DNA from: Polyangiaceae bacterium
GTDB lineage: Bacteria; Myxococcota_A; Polyangia; Polyangiales; Polyangiaceae
Assembly (NCBI GenBank): GCA_035063585.1
Contig: JAPSGB010000011.1
Location: 32,001 to 96,000, forward strand
Length of the DNA: 64,000 bases
Reading direction: 5' to 3'
The notes under the pieces: model-generated
Database searches by the model: none
Seen by the model: the letters and a program-made list of their open reading frames with translations, nothing else
Told to the model about the DNA's origin: nothing
Position numbers and translations under genes: made by a program
Shown here: positions 51,107-63,181 of the stretch, one piece after another
How positions within the stretch are numbered: the first letter of the stretch is position 1
Layout: every line of letters starts with the position of its first letter

Positions 51107-51970
51107 ATGGTGAACCGGGTCGTCGCCTCGGTCGTGGCTGCGCTCACGCTGACGGTCGCCGCGCGCGCGGGCGCTCAGGCCGCCGCGCCGAGCGGTCCGC
51201 CGGGCCTCGCGCCGGCCGGTCCCCCGGGTGGCGCGCCGCCCGAGGCGTCCGCGCCGCCGGCCGCGCCGCAGAGCCAACCCAGCCCGAGCCGTGAGCTTCC
51301 GCCGGTCGAGGGCTCGGTCGGGCTCCGCGTGCTCGGCGGCGGCAACCTGTTCTCCACGCCCGGCTCGGTCACGCCGGCGGGCTACGAGGGGCTCGGTTTC
51401 GCCGGCAATGGCGGCGGCTTCGGCTGGGGCTTCGGTGGCTACGGGGAGCTGCGCTTCGCGGGACACCTCGGGCTCGAGCTCGGGCTGCTCTATGACAGCT
51501 CGGAGATCCGGCGCGACGTCACCTACAACCGCGTGGTGAAGGTGCGCGAGCGATTCACCACCTCGTCGGTGCGGCTCGATCTGTTGGTGAAGGGGATCCT
51601 GCCGTTTCCGGGCGGGCGTGTCTGGGCCGGGCTCGGTCCGGAGTTCGTGCTCTCGAGCAGCGCCGACGCGAAGAACGAGATCACCGAGGGCAAACAGTAC
51701 GTCGGCAACGCGTCGGACATCGAGGGGCTCATCCGGGCGGACGCGAAGCGGCCCGTGCTGCTCGCGCTCGGCCTCGGCATGGTGATTCACGCCGGGGAGC
51801 TCATCGAGATCCCGATCGACGCGCGCGCGCTCGACAACCTGAGCCAGGAGGACGCCTGGCGGGATCGGGTGGCGCTCCAGATGAACGGACCGAACCTCGC
51901 CAGCTACACGGTCTCGGCCGAGAACACCTGGGAGTTCCGGCTCGGGATCGGCATCGGCGCTCGCTTCTGA
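51107..51970 (+). CDS. Outer-membrane beta-barrel protein
   Basis: Signal peptide, Pro-rich linker, alternating strands, C-terminal GARF. Confidence 0.75.
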   Translation: MVNRVVASVVAALTLTVAARAGAQAAAPSGPPGLAPAGPPGGAPPEASAPPAAPQSQPSPSRELPPVEGSVGLRVLGGGNLFSTPGSVTPAGYEGLGFAGNGGGFGWGFGGYGELRFAGHLGLELGLLYDSSEIRRDVTYNRVVKVRERFTTSSVRLDLLVKGILPFPGGRVWAGLGPEFVLSSSADAKNEITEGKQYVGNASDIEGLIRADAKRPVLLALGLGMVIHAGELIEIPIDARALDNLSQEDAWRDRVALQMNGPNLASYTVSAENTWEFRLGIGIGARF

Positions 51971-51994
51971 GCGCGCTCAAGGAAGGAATCTCTC

Positions 51995-53023
51995 ATGCGT
52001 CTCGCGCTCGTCACCGGCTACTCCGGCTCGCGTATAACGCTGGACCTGCCGCTCATCCACGAGGCCGAGCGCCTCGGCTTCGACTCGGTGTGGACGGCCG
52101 AGGCCTACGGCTCGGACGCGGTGACCCCGCTCGCCTGGATCGGCGCGCAGACCTCCACCATCCAGCTCGGCACCGGCATCATGCAGCTCCCCGGGCGCAC
52201 CCCGGCGAACACCGCGATGACCGCGATGACGCTCGATCAGCTCTCGGGCGGCCGCTTCCTCCTCGGGCTCGGCACCAGCGGGCCGCAGGTGGTCGAGGGG
52301 TGGCACGGCGTGCCGTTTCGGAAGCCCCTCTCGTGGCTCCGCGAGTACATCACCATCGTTCGGAAGATCCTCGCGCGGGAGGCTCCGCTCGAGCATGACG
52401 GCGAGCACTACCAGATCCCCTACCGAGGCCCCGGCGCGACCGGGCTCGGCAAGCCGCTGAAGAGCATCCTCCACGGCCGGCGCGACATCCCCATCTACAC
52501 CGGCAGCATGGCCCCGAAGAGCCAGGCGCTCTCCGCGGAGATCGCCGACGGCCTGCTCCTCACCAACATGAGCCCCGAGCGGTTCGACGTCATCGAGAAG
52601 AATCTCGCGGAGGGCTTCGCGAAGGCCGGGGGCGGCAAGAGCCTCGCGAACTTCGACGTCGCGCCAGCGGTCGCGGTGATCATCGGCGATGATCTCGACG
52701 CCTGCCGCTTGCCGCTCAAGATGACGCTCGCGCTCTACGTTGGCGGCATGGGCGCGAAGGACAAGAATTTCTATAACGACTACGTGCGCCGCATCGGCTT
52801 CGAGGAGGCCGCCGAGAAGATCCAGGAGCACTACCTCGCCGGCCGCAAGAACGAGGCCATCCAGGCGGTGCCCGACGAGCTGGTCGACCTGTTCAACCTG
52901 GTCGGGCCGGTCGAGCGGATCCGCGACCGATTCGCCGCGTGGCGCGAGTCGAAGGTCGGCACGATGATGATCGCGACCGCGCAGCCCGAGGCGCTCCGCT
53001 TGATGGCGGAGCTCCGCGGCTGA
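51995..53023 (+). CDS. LLM-class F420-dependent oxidoreductase
   Basis: [42 protein letters not shown]; adjacent to cof genes. Confidence 0.9.
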   Translation: MRLALVTGYSGSRITLDLPLIHEAERLGFDSVWTAEAYGSDAVTPLAWIGAQTSTIQLGTGIMQLPGRTPANTAMTAMTLDQLSGGRFLLGLGTSGPQVVEGWHGVPFRKPLSWLREYITIVRKILAREAPLEHDGEHYQIPYRGPGATGLGKPLKSILHGRRDIPIYTGSMAPKSQALSAEIADGLLLTNMSPERFDVIEKNLAEGFAKAGGGKSLANFDVAPAVAVIIGDDLDACRLPLKMTLALYVGGMGAKDKNFYNDYVRRIGFEEAAEKIQEHYLAGRKNEAIQAVPDELVDLFNLVGPVERIRDRFAAWRESKVGTMMIATAQPEALRLMAELRG

Positions 53024-53025
53024 GG

Positions 53026-53676
53026 CTACTTCTCGAGCCCGGTGAACCGCACCCCGGCGCCGGGGCTCTTGTATTTCTTGTTCAGGCGAATGAGGACGGG
53101 CGTCAGCGACTCGAGCGCGACCGCGTTCGCGAGCTTGCCCGCGTCGAGCCCGCGGAGGCCCAGATCGCCGATGAGCCCGAGGACGGTGTCGAGCGCGGCT
53201 TGGTCGTTCGAGCAGGCGAGCACGTCGCAGTCGATGACGGCCTCCGCGTCGGCCAGGTGCGCGGCGCCCACGTGGTGCAGCGCCGCCACCACGCTCGCGC
53301 GGTCGCCGAGGAGCGCCTGCGCCTCGAGCGCCGCCGCGTGCCCCGGCGGCAGCGTGACCTCGCTCACGCGCGGCGGCGCGAGCGGTACCGTGATGTCGAT
53401 GACGATGCGGCCGGCGAGCACGCCCGCGAGCTCGCGCAGCGTCGCGCCGTGTCCGGCGTAGGGGACGCTGACGAGCGCGATCTCGCCCTGCTCCGCCGCC
53501 CAGGCGTTGGAGCCGCCGCGCACCTCGCGCCCCGAGAGCCCGGTGAGCTCGGCGGCGGTCGCCTCCGCCCGCGCGGCGTCGCGTGAGCCGATGAAGAGGT
53601 CGTGCCCCGCCTTCGCCCACCGGAGCGCGAGCCCGCGCCCTTCCTTGCCCGTGCCGCCGATGACCGCGATCCGCAT
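53026..53676 (-). CDS. npdG: NADPH-dependent F420 reductase
   Basis: [40 protein letters not shown]. Confidence 0.92.
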   Translation of the reverse strand: MRIAVIGGTGKEGRGLALRWAKAGHDLFIGSRDAARAEATAAELTGLSGREVRGGSNAWAAEQGEIALVSVPYAGHGATLRELAGVLAGRIVIDITVPLAPPRVSEVTLPPGHAAALEAQALLGDRASVVAALHHVGAAHLADAEAVIDCDVLACSNDQAALDTVLGLIGDLGLRGLDAGKLANAVALESLTPVLIRLNKKYKSPGAGVRFTGLEK

Positions 53677-53814
53677 GGCTCCATCTTCTTCCGTGAGCCG
53701 AGCGCTGCGGCAAGCCCTTTCATGGGGTGCCGGTCCGGCGCGGGAGCGGGCTCGCCGATGGCTGGCGCGCGGGGCGCCTGGACGGGCTCGCGCGCGCGCG
53801 ATACGACTCCGCCC

Positions 53815-54620
53815 ATGCCCGGAGCACCGCGCGCTCGTGAGCGGGTCGAGCTCCGCGCTCTCCCCGGGGTCCCGGTGGTGGAGCCGGGCGCGGACCTCGC
53901 CGCGCTCGCGTGGGCGGCGCTCGAGCGCGCGGAGCTCACCGTCGCGGACGGCGACGTGCTCGCGGTCGCCTCGAAGCTCGTGTCGCGCGCCGAGGGGCGC
54001 TTCGTGGACGTCTCGACGGTCACCCCCTCCGCGCGCGCGCGCGAGCTCGGCGCGCAGACGGGCAAGGATCCGCGCGAGGTCGAGCTGGTGCTTCGTGAGT
54101 CGACGCTCGTGAGCCGCGCGCGGCCGGGCGCGCTCATCGTGCGGCACCGCGCCGGCGTCATCGGCGCGAACGCCGGCATCGACTTCAGCAACGCGCGCCC
54201 GAGCGGGGCTCCGGAGGGGAGCGGGCCCTGGGCGCTGCTCCTGCCGGAAGACGCCGACGAGAGCGCCGAGCGGCTCCGCGGCGCGCTCGCGGGGCGAAGC
54301 GGCGCGGCGCTCGGCGTGGTCGTCACCGACTCGCTCGGGCGGCCGTTCCGGCTCGGGAGCGTCGGGGTCGCGGTCGGCGTCGCCGGCCTGCCGGCCCTCT
54401 TCGACCAGCGCGGCCGCACCGATCTGTTCGGGCGCGTGCTCGAGCACACGGTGACCGCGTTCGCCGATCAGGTCGCGGCCGCCGCCGACTTGATCGCCGG
54501 CCAGGCCGACGAGGGACGGGCGATGGTGCTCGTGCGAGGGCTCGAGTTCGGGCTGGTGCGCTCGAGCGCGCGCGAGCTCTGTCGCGAGCCCGAGAGCGAT
54601 CTCTACGTGGGAGGCGGGCC

Positions 54621-54624
<4 letters not shown>
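53815..54624 (+). CDS. cofE: Coenzyme F420-0:L-glutamate ligase (single domain)
   Basis: [45 protein letters not shown]. Confidence 0.93.
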
Positions 54625-55534
<910 letters not shown>

Positions 55535-55538
<4 letters not shown>

Positions 55539-56155
55539 CGCTCTCGGCCGTGGTGCCCGTGAAGGGGTTCGAGCGCGCGAAATCGCGCCTCGCGCCGATG
55601 CTCGGCGAGCGAGCGCGGGCCGAGCTCGCCGGCGCGCTCTTCGAGCGGGTGCTCGCCGCGCTGCTCGCTGCGCCCGGCGTGGCTCGGGTGCTCGTCGTGA
55701 GCGACTCGGACGCGGTGCTCGAGCGCGCGGCGCAGGCGGGCGCGACCACGCGGCGCGACGCGGCGCGCGGCGGGCTCGGCCGGATCGTCGACGCGGCGCT
55801 CGCCGAGCTCGACGGCGCGCGCGCGCTCGTCGTCATGAGCGATCTGCCGCTCATCACCGTCGAGGACATCGCGCTCGTCACGAGCTCGGCGGCGCCCGTC
55901 GTGATCGCACCGGACGAGCGAGGCGAGGGGACCAACGCGCTCGCGCTCCCGCTGCCACCGCCCTTCGCGACCGCGTTCGGCGCCGCCGACAGCGCGCGGC
56001 GCCACCGCGCGCTCGCGCCCGGCGCCGCGGTCGTGCGGTCGCCGGGCCTCGCCTTCGATCTCGACGAGCCCGCCGATCTCGCCGAGCTCGAGCGCCGCCG
56101 AGGCGCGCCGGTCGCCGGCCGCGCCGGGCCGCCTGCTCCCGTGAGGGGGCGATGA
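55535..56155 (+). CDS. cofC: 2-phospho-L-lactate/PEP guanylyltransferase
   Basis: VPVK...[29 protein letters not shown]. Confidence 0.9.
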
Positions 56156-56174
56156 CGCGCCCGGAGAGACGTCC

Positions 56175-57083
56175 GTGGATCTGAACCGCGTCGCGGTCGC
56201 CATCGAGGTGGTCGAGCGCGGGAGCTTCACCGCCGCCGCGCGGAGCCTCGGGGTGCCGAAGTCATCGGTGAGCCGGAGCGTGTCGCAGCTCGAGGCGGAG
56301 CTCGGCGTCGCGCTCTTGCGCCGCACCACGCGCAGGCTCGCGCTCACCGAGGCCGGCGAGGCGTGGTACGAGCGCGCTCGGCGAGCGCTCGGCGAGCTCG
56401 AGGAGGCGAACGCGCTGGTCGCTCGAGGTGAACGCGCGCCGCGCGGACGCGTGCGGCTCACCGCGCCGCCCGACTACGCCGCGTCGCTCGGCCGCGCGCT
56501 GGTCGAGTTCGGCGCGCGGCACCCGGGCGTCTCGGTCGAGGTGGTGCTCACCGCCCAGCGGCTCGATCTGGTCGCCGACGGGATCGATCTCGCGCTCCGC
56601 GCCGGGCGCCTGGAGGACTCGAGTCTGGTCGTACGCAAGCTGTCGACCGCGGACTTCGGGCTCTTCGCCGCGCCCGCCTACCTCGCCGAGCGCGGGCGAC
56701 CGCGCGCCCCGGACGAGCTCGCGAGCCACGCCTGCGTGCTCTTCCGCGCGAGCCACGGTCGCGCGGTCTGGCGGCTCGAGGGGCCGCGGGGTCAGGTGCG
56801 CGCCGAGGTCACCGGGCGGCTCGCGAGTGACAACATGGATTTTACACTCGAGGCGGTGGCGGCGGGCGCCGGGATCGGGCTCTTGCCGCAGGCGCGGAGC
56901 CTGGCGCTGCTCGGCGAGCGCCGCATCGAGCGCGTCCTACCGGCGTGGCACGTCGCGGGCGGGGCGCTCTCCATCGTGTATCCCGCGACGCGCTTCCTGC
57001 CCCGGCGCGCCGAGCTCCTGCGCGATTTCCTGGTGGAACGTTTCGGGACGAGCGGAGGAGGCGCGCGCCGCGCCCGGTCGTGA
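56175..57083 (+). CDS. LysR-family transcriptional regulator
   Basis: GSFTAAARSLG..KSSVSR..LE..LG..LL.RTTR HTH; CrgA-like substrate domain. Confidence 0.93.
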   Translation: MDLNRVAVAIEVVERGSFTAAARSLGVPKSSVSRSVSQLEAELGVALLRRTTRRLALTEAGEAWYERARRALGELEEANALVARGERAPRGRVRLTAPPDYAASLGRALVEFGARHPGVSVEVVLTAQRLDLVADGIDLALRAGRLEDSSLVVRKLSTADFGLFAAPAYLAERGRPRAPDELASHACVLFRASHGRAVWRLEGPRGQVRAEVTGRLASDNMDFTLEAVAAGAGIGLLPQARSLALLGERRIERVLPAWHVAGGALSIVYPATRFLPRRAELLRDFLVERFGTSGGGARRARS

Positions 57084-57148
57084 GGGCGCGGCGCCGCGGC
57101 GCAGGGCCGCTGTCGCGGGGGCGGCGCGTGGTGTATGCTCGGAGCGCG

Positions 57149-57988
57149 ATGCGCGCGGTCTTCGAAGCCCTGCTCGCCGAGCTCGACGCCGGGCGCCCCG
57201 CGGTGCTCGCGACGGTGGTCGCGACGCAGGGCTCGGCGCCGCAGGTGGTGGGCGCGCGGCTGCTCTACCGAGCGGACGGCACCATCGTCGGCACGGTGGG
57301 CGGCGGGCGCATCGAGGCGCTCGTCCTCGAGCGGGCGGCGGCCGTGCTCGGCTCCCGAGAGAGCGAGCTCGTGAAGCGCCACCTCGTGCACGAGCTCGGG
57401 ATGTGCTGCGGCGGCGCGATGGAAATCCTGGTCGAGCCCATCGAGGAGCGCCCGCGGCTCGTGCTGATGGGCGCGGGGCACGTCGCGCAGGCGACCGCGC
57501 GGCTGGCGGCCGGGGTCGGCTTCGACGTCACCGTGGTCGATGCCCGAGAGGAGCTGAACGACGAGGCGCACTTCGCTGGCGCGGCGCACGTGCTCGCCGA
57601 GCCGGCGGAGGCCGTCCGGCGCGGGCTCATCGCGTTCACACCGGGCACCTACGTCGTGATCGCGACCCACGAGCACCGCCTCGACGAAGAGGCGCTCGCG
57701 GCCTGCCTCGACGTGCCGCGCCGCTACCTCGGCATGATCGGCTCGCGTCGCAAGGTGCTTCGGATCTTCCAGCGCATCCTCGCGCGCCGGCCGGAGGCGC
57801 CGCTCGACGAGGTGCGCGCGCCGATCGGGCTCGATTTGGGCGGCCGCACCCCCGAGGAGATCGCGCTGGCGATCGCCGGGGAGCTGGTGTCGGTGCGGCG
57901 CGGTGGCACCGCGGCGGCGCTCGCGCGCGGCGCGGCGCGCCCCGCGCGCGAGACGGACGCGCCGCGCGCGGACGACCACGTCGACTGA
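57149..57988 (+). CDS. xdhC: XdhC/CoxI-family molybdoenzyme maturation protein
   Basis: GSAP, GTVGGG, CGG, GAGHV, YLGMIGS, PIGL...TPEEIA. Confidence 0.88.
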   Translation: MRAVFEALLAELDAGRPAVLATVVATQGSAPQVVGARLLYRADGTIVGTVGGGRIEALVLERAAAVLGSRESELVKRHLVHELGMCCGGAMEILVEPIEERPRLVLMGAGHVAQATARLAAGVGFDVTVVDAREELNDEAHFAGAAHVLAEPAEAVRRGLIAFTPGTYVVIATHEHRLDEEALAACLDVPRRYLGMIGSRRKVLRIFQRILARRPEAPLDEVRAPIGLDLGGRTPEEIALAIAGELVSVRRGGTAAALARGAARPARETDAPRADDHVD

Positions 57989-58608
57989 TGGCGCGCCGAG
58001 CCGGCATTTCCCCGGAGCGGGTCGGCGGGATCGTGCTCGCGGCCGGGGCGTCGGTGCGGGCTGGGTGCTCGAAGGCGCTCGCGACGCTCGACGGCGAGCC
58101 GTTCGTGCTCCGCGTGGCGCGCGCGCTCAGCGAGGGCGGCGCGGCGGAGGTGGTGGTCGTGGTCGGGCCGCCGCGGGAGGCGGCGATCCGCGCGGCGCTC
58201 TCGGCCGCCGAGCTCGTCGGCGTGCGCGCCGCGCGCAATCCCGCGCCCGAGCGCGGGATGCGAAGCTCGATGCTGGTGGGGCTCGACGCGCTCGGGGCGG
58301 TGGACGCGGCGCTCGTCGCGCTGGTCGATCAGCCGCGGGTGCGCGCGGACACCATCGCGGCGCTCCTTGGCGCGCCCGGCGCGCCGCTCGTCCGGCCCGT
58401 CTACGCGGGCGCGCGCGGGCATCCGATCCTGGTGCGGCGGGCGCTCTTTGCGGCGCTCCGCGACGCGCCCGACGGCGCGAGCGCGCGCGACGCGCTCGCG
58501 GGCGCGCCGGCCGTGGATCTCGACGTCGACGATCCGGGCGTGGCGGACCGGCTCGACACGCTGGAGGCGATTCGCCGGGCGGGCGGGCGGGCTCCCGGCG
58601 CCGGCTGA
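57988..58608 (+). CDS. mocA: Molybdenum cofactor cytidylyltransferase-like nucleotidyltransferase
   Basis: IVLAAGAS.R.G..K, GM.SS, VDQP, GHP, DT. Confidence 0.8.
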   Translation: MARRAGISPERVGGIVLAAGASVRAGCSKALATLDGEPFVLRVARALSEGGAAEVVVVVGPPREAAIRAALSAAELVGVRAARNPAPERGMRSSMLVGLDALGAVDAALVALVDQPRVRADTIAALLGAPGAPLVRPVYAGARGHPILVRRALFAALRDAPDGASARDALAGAPAVDLDVDDPGVADRLDTLEAIRRAGGRAPGAG

Positions 58609-58612
58609 CGCG

Positions 58613-59599
58613 CTAGCTCGTCATCGCCGCGCGGAGCGCGCGCTTCACGAACACCGGCACCATCTCGTGGCGGTACTCCGGATCGCCCGGGATGTTCGCG
58701 ACCGGGCGGCACTGCTTGTGGGCCTGCGCCGCGATGCGCTCGAGGGCGTCCTCGACGGCGCCGGCGGCGCGGTCGCGGAGCGCCTCGGCGACGCCCTTCA
58801 CGCGCACCGGACGCGCCTGCAGCGCGCCGACGACCACGTCGGCGTCGGCGATGCGCTCGCCGTCGAAGTCGACCCGCGCCGCGACGCCGAGGAGCGGGAA
58901 ATCGATGGAGCCGCGGGCGCGCAGCTTCTCGTAGGCGCCGCGGTGCCCGGGCGCTTGCTTCGGGATGCGGAGCGCGGTGAGCAGCTCGCCCGGCTCGAGG
59001 GTGCGGTTCGAGACGCCGTCGGGCTTGAAGAAGGCGTCGACCGCGACCGTCCGCGAGCTTCCGCGCCGGGCCAGCATCATCTCGGCCCCGAGCGTGCAGA
59101 GGGGAGGCACGGTGTCGGCGTCCTGCGCGGCCACGCAGCGGCGCCCGCTCTCGACCACGTGGCACTTCGTGCCGTCCTTCTTGAGGCAGAAGCCGAGGCT
59201 CTCGCGCCAGAAGTGGCTCTGATTGATGAAGCGGCAGCGGGTGTCGAGCAGCACGTTGCCGCCGAGCGTGCCGGTGCGGCGGAGCTGCGGGCCGCTCACG
59301 AGCCCGGCGGCGACGGAGAGCGCGGGGGCGTGCGCGCGTACGACCTCGCTCGCCGCGACCTCCTCGAGCGGCGTCATGGCGCCGATGACGAGCGCGCCGT
59401 CCGGGTCGGCGCGGACGCCGCGCAGCTCCGCGATGCCAGCGAGCGCGACCAGCGCGCCGGGCGTCGCGACCCGATGCTTCATGTTGGGGAGGAGATCGGT
59501 GCCGCCAGCTATAGGCTGAGCTTCTGGATTCTCGAGAATAACGAGGGCTTCGCTTATGGACGACGGGCGGTGGAGCTCGAAGCGAGGCAGGCGCAGCAT
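58613..59599 (-). CDS. hcrB: Xanthine oxidase-family FAD subunit with 4Fe-4S insert (HcrB-like)
   Basis: AGGTDL, LRRTGTLGGN, RCRFINQSHFWR...CLKKDG..CH......C insert, IDFPL. Confidence 0.7.
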   Translation of the reverse strand: MLRLPRFELHRPSSISEALVILENPEAQPIAGGTDLLPNMKHRVATPGALVALAGIAELRGVRADPDGALVIGAMTPLEEVAASEVVRAHAPALSVAAGLVSGPQLRRTGTLGGNVLLDTRCRFINQSHFWRESLGFCLKKDGTKCHVVESGRRCVAAQDADTVPPLCTLGAEMMLARRGSSRTVAVDAFFKPDGVSNRTLEPGELLTALRIPKQAPGHRGAYEKLRARGSIDFPLLGVAARVDFDGERIADADVVVGALQARPVRVKGVAEALRDRAAGAVEDALERIAAQAHKQCRPVANIPGDPEYRHEMVPVFVKRALRAAMTS

Positions 59600-61980
59600 T
59601 ATTCCTGCTCCTTCAGCGCGGCGACGCGCAGCGGCCGGGCGGCGATGAGCCGCTCGGCCTCGCGCTCGCGCTGCTCGCGGAGCGCGCGGAGCACCTTCCC
59701 CGGGGAGAACGGCAGGTGACGCAGGCGGATCCCGACGGCGTCGTAGATGGCGTTGCTCACCGCGGGGATGACGGAGTGGAGCGGCCCTTCGCCGGCCTCC
59801 TTCGCGCCGTAGGGGCCCTCGGGATCGATGCTCTCGATGATGTGCGAGTGGAGCTCGGGGGTGTCGAGGGTGGTCGGGAGCCGGTAGTCGAGCAGCGACG
59901 GGCCGAGGTGGAGCCCGCGCGCGTCGACCGCGTGCTCCTCGAGCACGATTTCCCCAGCGCCCATGTAGGTGCAGCCCTGGATTTGGCCGTGCACGAGGTG
60001 CGGGTTGAGGGCGCGCCCGCAGTCGTGGCCGACCCACACCTTCTCGATGCGGAGCTGCCCCGTCTCGACGTCGACCGACACCTCGGCGACGTGCGCGGTG
60101 AACGAGTACGCGGGCGACGCGCCGATCGCGCCGCCGCGGTAGCCCTTGCCGAGAGGCGGCGAGTTGTAAGAGCCGGTCGAGCCGAGGGTGTCGAAGCGCT
60201 CCTCCGCGACGCGAAAGGCGTCGCGGGTGCTCATGCGGCGCTCGCCTCCGAGCTCCACCGCCTCGCCGCCGTGGAGCTCTACCTGGCCTTCCGCGACCCC
60301 CCATTTCTCGGCGACCGCGCGCACCACCGTGCGGCGGAGCTTGCGCGCGGCGTCGATGGTGGCGTTGCCGACCATGAAGGTGACGCGGCTCGAATACGAG
60401 CCGAGATCGACCGGGCAGAGATCGGTGTCGGCGGCGATCACGCGCACGTCTTCCGGGTCCATCCCGAGCTCTTCGGCGACGATCACCCGCACCACCGTGC
60501 TCGAGCCCTGGCCGATCTCGTTGCTGCCGGTGAACGCCGTGACGAGCCCCGAGCGGTCGGCCTTCAGCTGGATGCCGGCCTGCGGCATCTCGTTCGGGTA
60601 AATCGGGTAGTTGGTGCCCGAGATGTACATCGAGCCGGCGACCCCGAGCCCGCGGCCGAACGGAAGCTGGCCGCGCCGCTCGCGCCACCCGCTCGCTCGC
60701 TCCACGGCGTCGAGGCACTCGAGGAAGCCGCTCGAGGTGACGCGCTGGTCGTTCACCGTCTGCACGTAAGCGCCCTGGTAGTTCTTTCGGCGAAGCTCGA
60801 TGGGGTCCATGCCGAGCTTTGCGGCGAGCTCGTCGAGCTGCACCTCGAAGGCGAACCGCGGCTGCACCGAGCCGTGCCCGCGCTTCGGGCCGCAGGGCGG
60901 CTTGTTGGTGAAGACGCGCGTCGAGTCGAAGCGGTAGGTAGGGAAGTGATAGGGCCCGGTGAGGAGCTGGCCCGCGTAGTACGTGGTGACCAGGCCGTAG
61001 GAGCTGTACGCCCCGCCGTCGATGACGATCTTGGCGTCGACGCCGGTGAGCTTGCCGTCCTTGGTGGCGCCGGTGCGGTAGCGCATCTTCATGGGGTGGC
61101 GGCCGCGGTGCGCGTAGAACACCTCCTCGCGGCTCCAGAGCATCTTCACCGGCCTCCCGGTGACGATGGCGAGCTTGGCCGCGCAAAACTCGAGCGAGAA
61201 GGGATCCGATTTCCCGCCGAAGGCGCCGCCCAGGGTCGGCTGGATGACCCGCACCCGCGTCTCGGCGAGCCCGAGCACCTTGGCGAGCGCGCGGTGCACG
61301 TAGTGGCTGATCTGCGTGCTCGACCACACCGTGAGCACGCCGTCGGCGCCGTAGCGCGCGACCGCGCAGTGCGGCTCCATCGCCGCGTGGGTGGTGCCGT
61401 GGAACGAGTAGTCGCCCTCGACGACCACCTCGGCGCCGTCGAGCGCGGCGTCGAGGTCGCCGAACTCGAGGTGCACGTGCTTCGAGACGTTCCCGTGCTT
61501 GGCGTTCTCGGGGATGATCGCCTCCGAGTGCGCGAGCGCCTCCTCGGGGTCGAGGAAGGCCGGGAGCTGCTCGTAGGTGACCTGGATGAGCGCGAGCGCG
61601 TCGATGGCGGTGTCTTCATCGAGCGCCGCGACCGCGGCCACCGGCTCACCGACGTAGCGGACCTTGTCGACGGCGAGCGCCGTCTCGTCCTCCGTCCACG
61701 GCAAGATGCCGTACTTTTCCGAGAGCTCCTCGCCGGTGATGACGGCGAGGACGCCCGGGAGCGCGCGGGCGCGCGAGGCGTCGATGCCGGCGATCCGCGC
61801 GTGCGGGTGCGGGCTCCGCAGCATCTTCGAGTGGAGCATGCCGGGGAGCTGGAGGTCGTCGGTGTAGACGGCCGCGCCGGTCGCCTTGTCGATGCCGTCG
61901 ACCTTGCGCTGCGCCTTGCCGACGACCGAGAAATCCTTCCCCCAGGGAGCCTCCGGCCCGTGGAGGTCGCGCGCGCCCAT
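59599..61980 (-). CDS. hcrA: Xanthine oxidase-family molybdopterin subunit (HcrA-like)
   Basis: RSPHPHA, GGAFGGK, HRGRH, PCGPKRGHG, EIGQG, GSYSSRVT, GPYGAKEAGEG. Confidence 0.7.
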   Translation of the reverse strand: MGARDLHGPEAPWGKDFSVVGKAQRKVDGIDKATGAAVYTDDLQLPGMLHSKMLRSPHPHARIAGIDASRARALPGVLAVITGEELSEKYGILPWTEDETALAVDKVRYVGEPVAAVAALDEDTAIDALALIQVTYEQLPAFLDPEEALAHSEAIIPENAKHGNVSKHVHLEFGDLDAALDGAEVVVEGDYSFHGTTHAAMEPHCAVARYGADGVLTVWSSTQISHYVHRALAKVLGLAETRVRVIQPTLGGAFGGKSDPFSLEFCAAKLAIVTGRPVKMLWSREEVFYAHRGRHPMKMRYRTGATKDGKLTGVDAKIVIDGGAYSSYGLVTTYYAGQLLTGPYHFPTYRFDSTRVFTNKPPCGPKRGHGSVQPRFAFEVQLDELAAKLGMDPIELRRKNYQGAYVQTVNDQRVTSSGFLECLDAVERASGWRERRGQLPFGRGLGVAGSMYISGTNYPIYPNEMPQAGIQLKADRSGLVTAFTGSNEIGQGSSTVVRVIVAEELGMDPEDVRVIAADTDLCPVDLGSYSSRVTFMVGNATIDAARKLRRTVVRAVAEKWGVAEGQVELHGGEAVELGGERRMSTRDAFRVAEERFDTLGSTGSYNSPPLGKGYRGGAIGASPAYSFTAHVAEVSVDVETGQLRIEKVWVGHDCGRALNPHLVHGQIQGCTYMGAGEIVLEEHAVDARGLHLGPSLLDYRLPTTLDTPELHSHIIESIDPEGPYGAKEAGEGPLHSVIPAVSNAIYDAVGIRLRHLPFSPGKVLRALREQREREAERLIAARPLRVAALKEQE

Positions 61981-62471
61981 CAGCTCGCTCCCTTCGTGGT
62001 GCGGGCGGCGAGCTCCACCGCCTCGATGATCTGGGTGTAGCCCGTGCAGCGGCAGAGGTTCCCCGCGAGGGCTTCTCGAATCTCGCGCGGCGTGGGCGAG
62101 GGGTTCTTCGCGAGCAGCGCCTTGGTCGTGAGGATCATCGCCGATTGGCAGAACCCGCACTGGAGCGCGCCGGTCTGCTCGAAGGCCTCCTGGATCGGGT
62201 CGGCGCCGGCGCCGCCGCGCGCCCGGTGCGCCGGCATGAGCCCCTCGATGGTCGTAATCTCGTGCCCCTCGGCGAGCGCGGCGAGCGTCATGCAGCTCAT
62301 CACCGGCTCGCCGTCGAGGAGCACCGTGCAGGCGCCGCAGTCGCCCTTGTCGCAGCCCTGCTTCGTGCCGGTGAGCCCGAGCTTGTAGCGGAGCACCTCG
62401 AGCAGGGTGTGGTGGTCGGGGGCGGCGACCTCGAAGGGCTCGCCGTTCACCTGCAGCTTCAGGACTCGCAC
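61980..62471 (-). CDS. hcrC: Xanthine oxidase-family 2x[2Fe-2S] subunit (HcrC-like)
   Basis: GTKQGCDKGDCGACTV, SC, QCGFC, GNLCRCTGY. Confidence 0.7.
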   Translation of the reverse strand: MRVLKLQVNGEPFEVAAPDHHTLLEVLRYKLGLTGTKQGCDKGDCGACTVLLDGEPVMSCMTLAALAEGHEITTIEGLMPAHRARGGAGADPIQEAFEQTGALQCGFCQSAMILTTKALLAKNPSPTPREIREALAGNLCRCTGYTQIIEAVELAARTTKGAS

Positions 62472-62650
62472 GCCCCGACTATCCCGCAATTCGAGCGGTC
62501 GTCCCACGGGAATGTTCCGTAGCGTCGCGACGCGGTGCGCTATCGCCCTGGCCGCTCCGCGCGCGGCCGCGCCCGTCCCGAGGGCGGTCGGCCAGGAGCC
62601 GAGGGTGCCGGTCCGGCGCGGCCGGCGGCGCGCCCCGCGGAGCGGCGCGC

Positions 62651-63145
62651 TCAGCCGTCGTCGTCGAGGGGCTCGAGGCGCGAGTAGGTGCCGCGCCAGT
62701 ACACGAGCGGCGCGCCCGCGTCGGAGTCGGCCGACAGCACGCGACCGATGAAGATGTCGTGGTCGCCGCCGTGACAAATGTCGGCGACCTCGCACTCGGC
62801 GCGCGCGAGCGTACCGGGTAAGAGCGGGCAGCCCGTCCGCGGGCCGGGGTGCCACTCGATCCCCGCGAAGCGGTCGCCCTCGAGCGCCGAGAAGCGCACC
62901 GACCAGTGGCGCTGGCCCGCGGCGAGCACGTTGACGGCGAACTTGCGGCCCACCCGCATCGGCCCGTGCGCGCGCGCCGTGCGATCCACGCACACGAGGC
63001 AGAGCGGCGGGTCGAGAGAGACACTCGTGAACGCGGTGGCGGTGAGCGCGTGCGGGGTGCCGTCGGCGTCGAGCGTGGTGACGACCGTCACGCTCGACGC
63101 GAACGAGCCCATGAGCGCGCGAAAATCCTCGTCCCGGACGGCCAC
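62651..63145 (-). CDS. Flavin reductase-like (HpaC/DIM6 family)
   Basis: FRALMGSF, TSVSLDPPL, FAVNVL, GGDHDIFIG, PLVY. Confidence 0.9.
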   Translation of the reverse strand: MAVRDEDFRALMGSFASSVTVVTTLDADGTPHALTATAFTSVSLDPPLCLVCVDRTARAHGPMRVGRKFAVNVLAAGQRHWSVRFSALEGDRFAGIEWHPGPRTGCPLLPGTLARAECEVADICHGGDHDIFIGRVLSADSDAGAPLVYWRGTYSRLEPLDDDG

Positions 63146-63181
63146 CCGCGGAGGCTAGCACAGCGGATTTAGTAAAGTGTA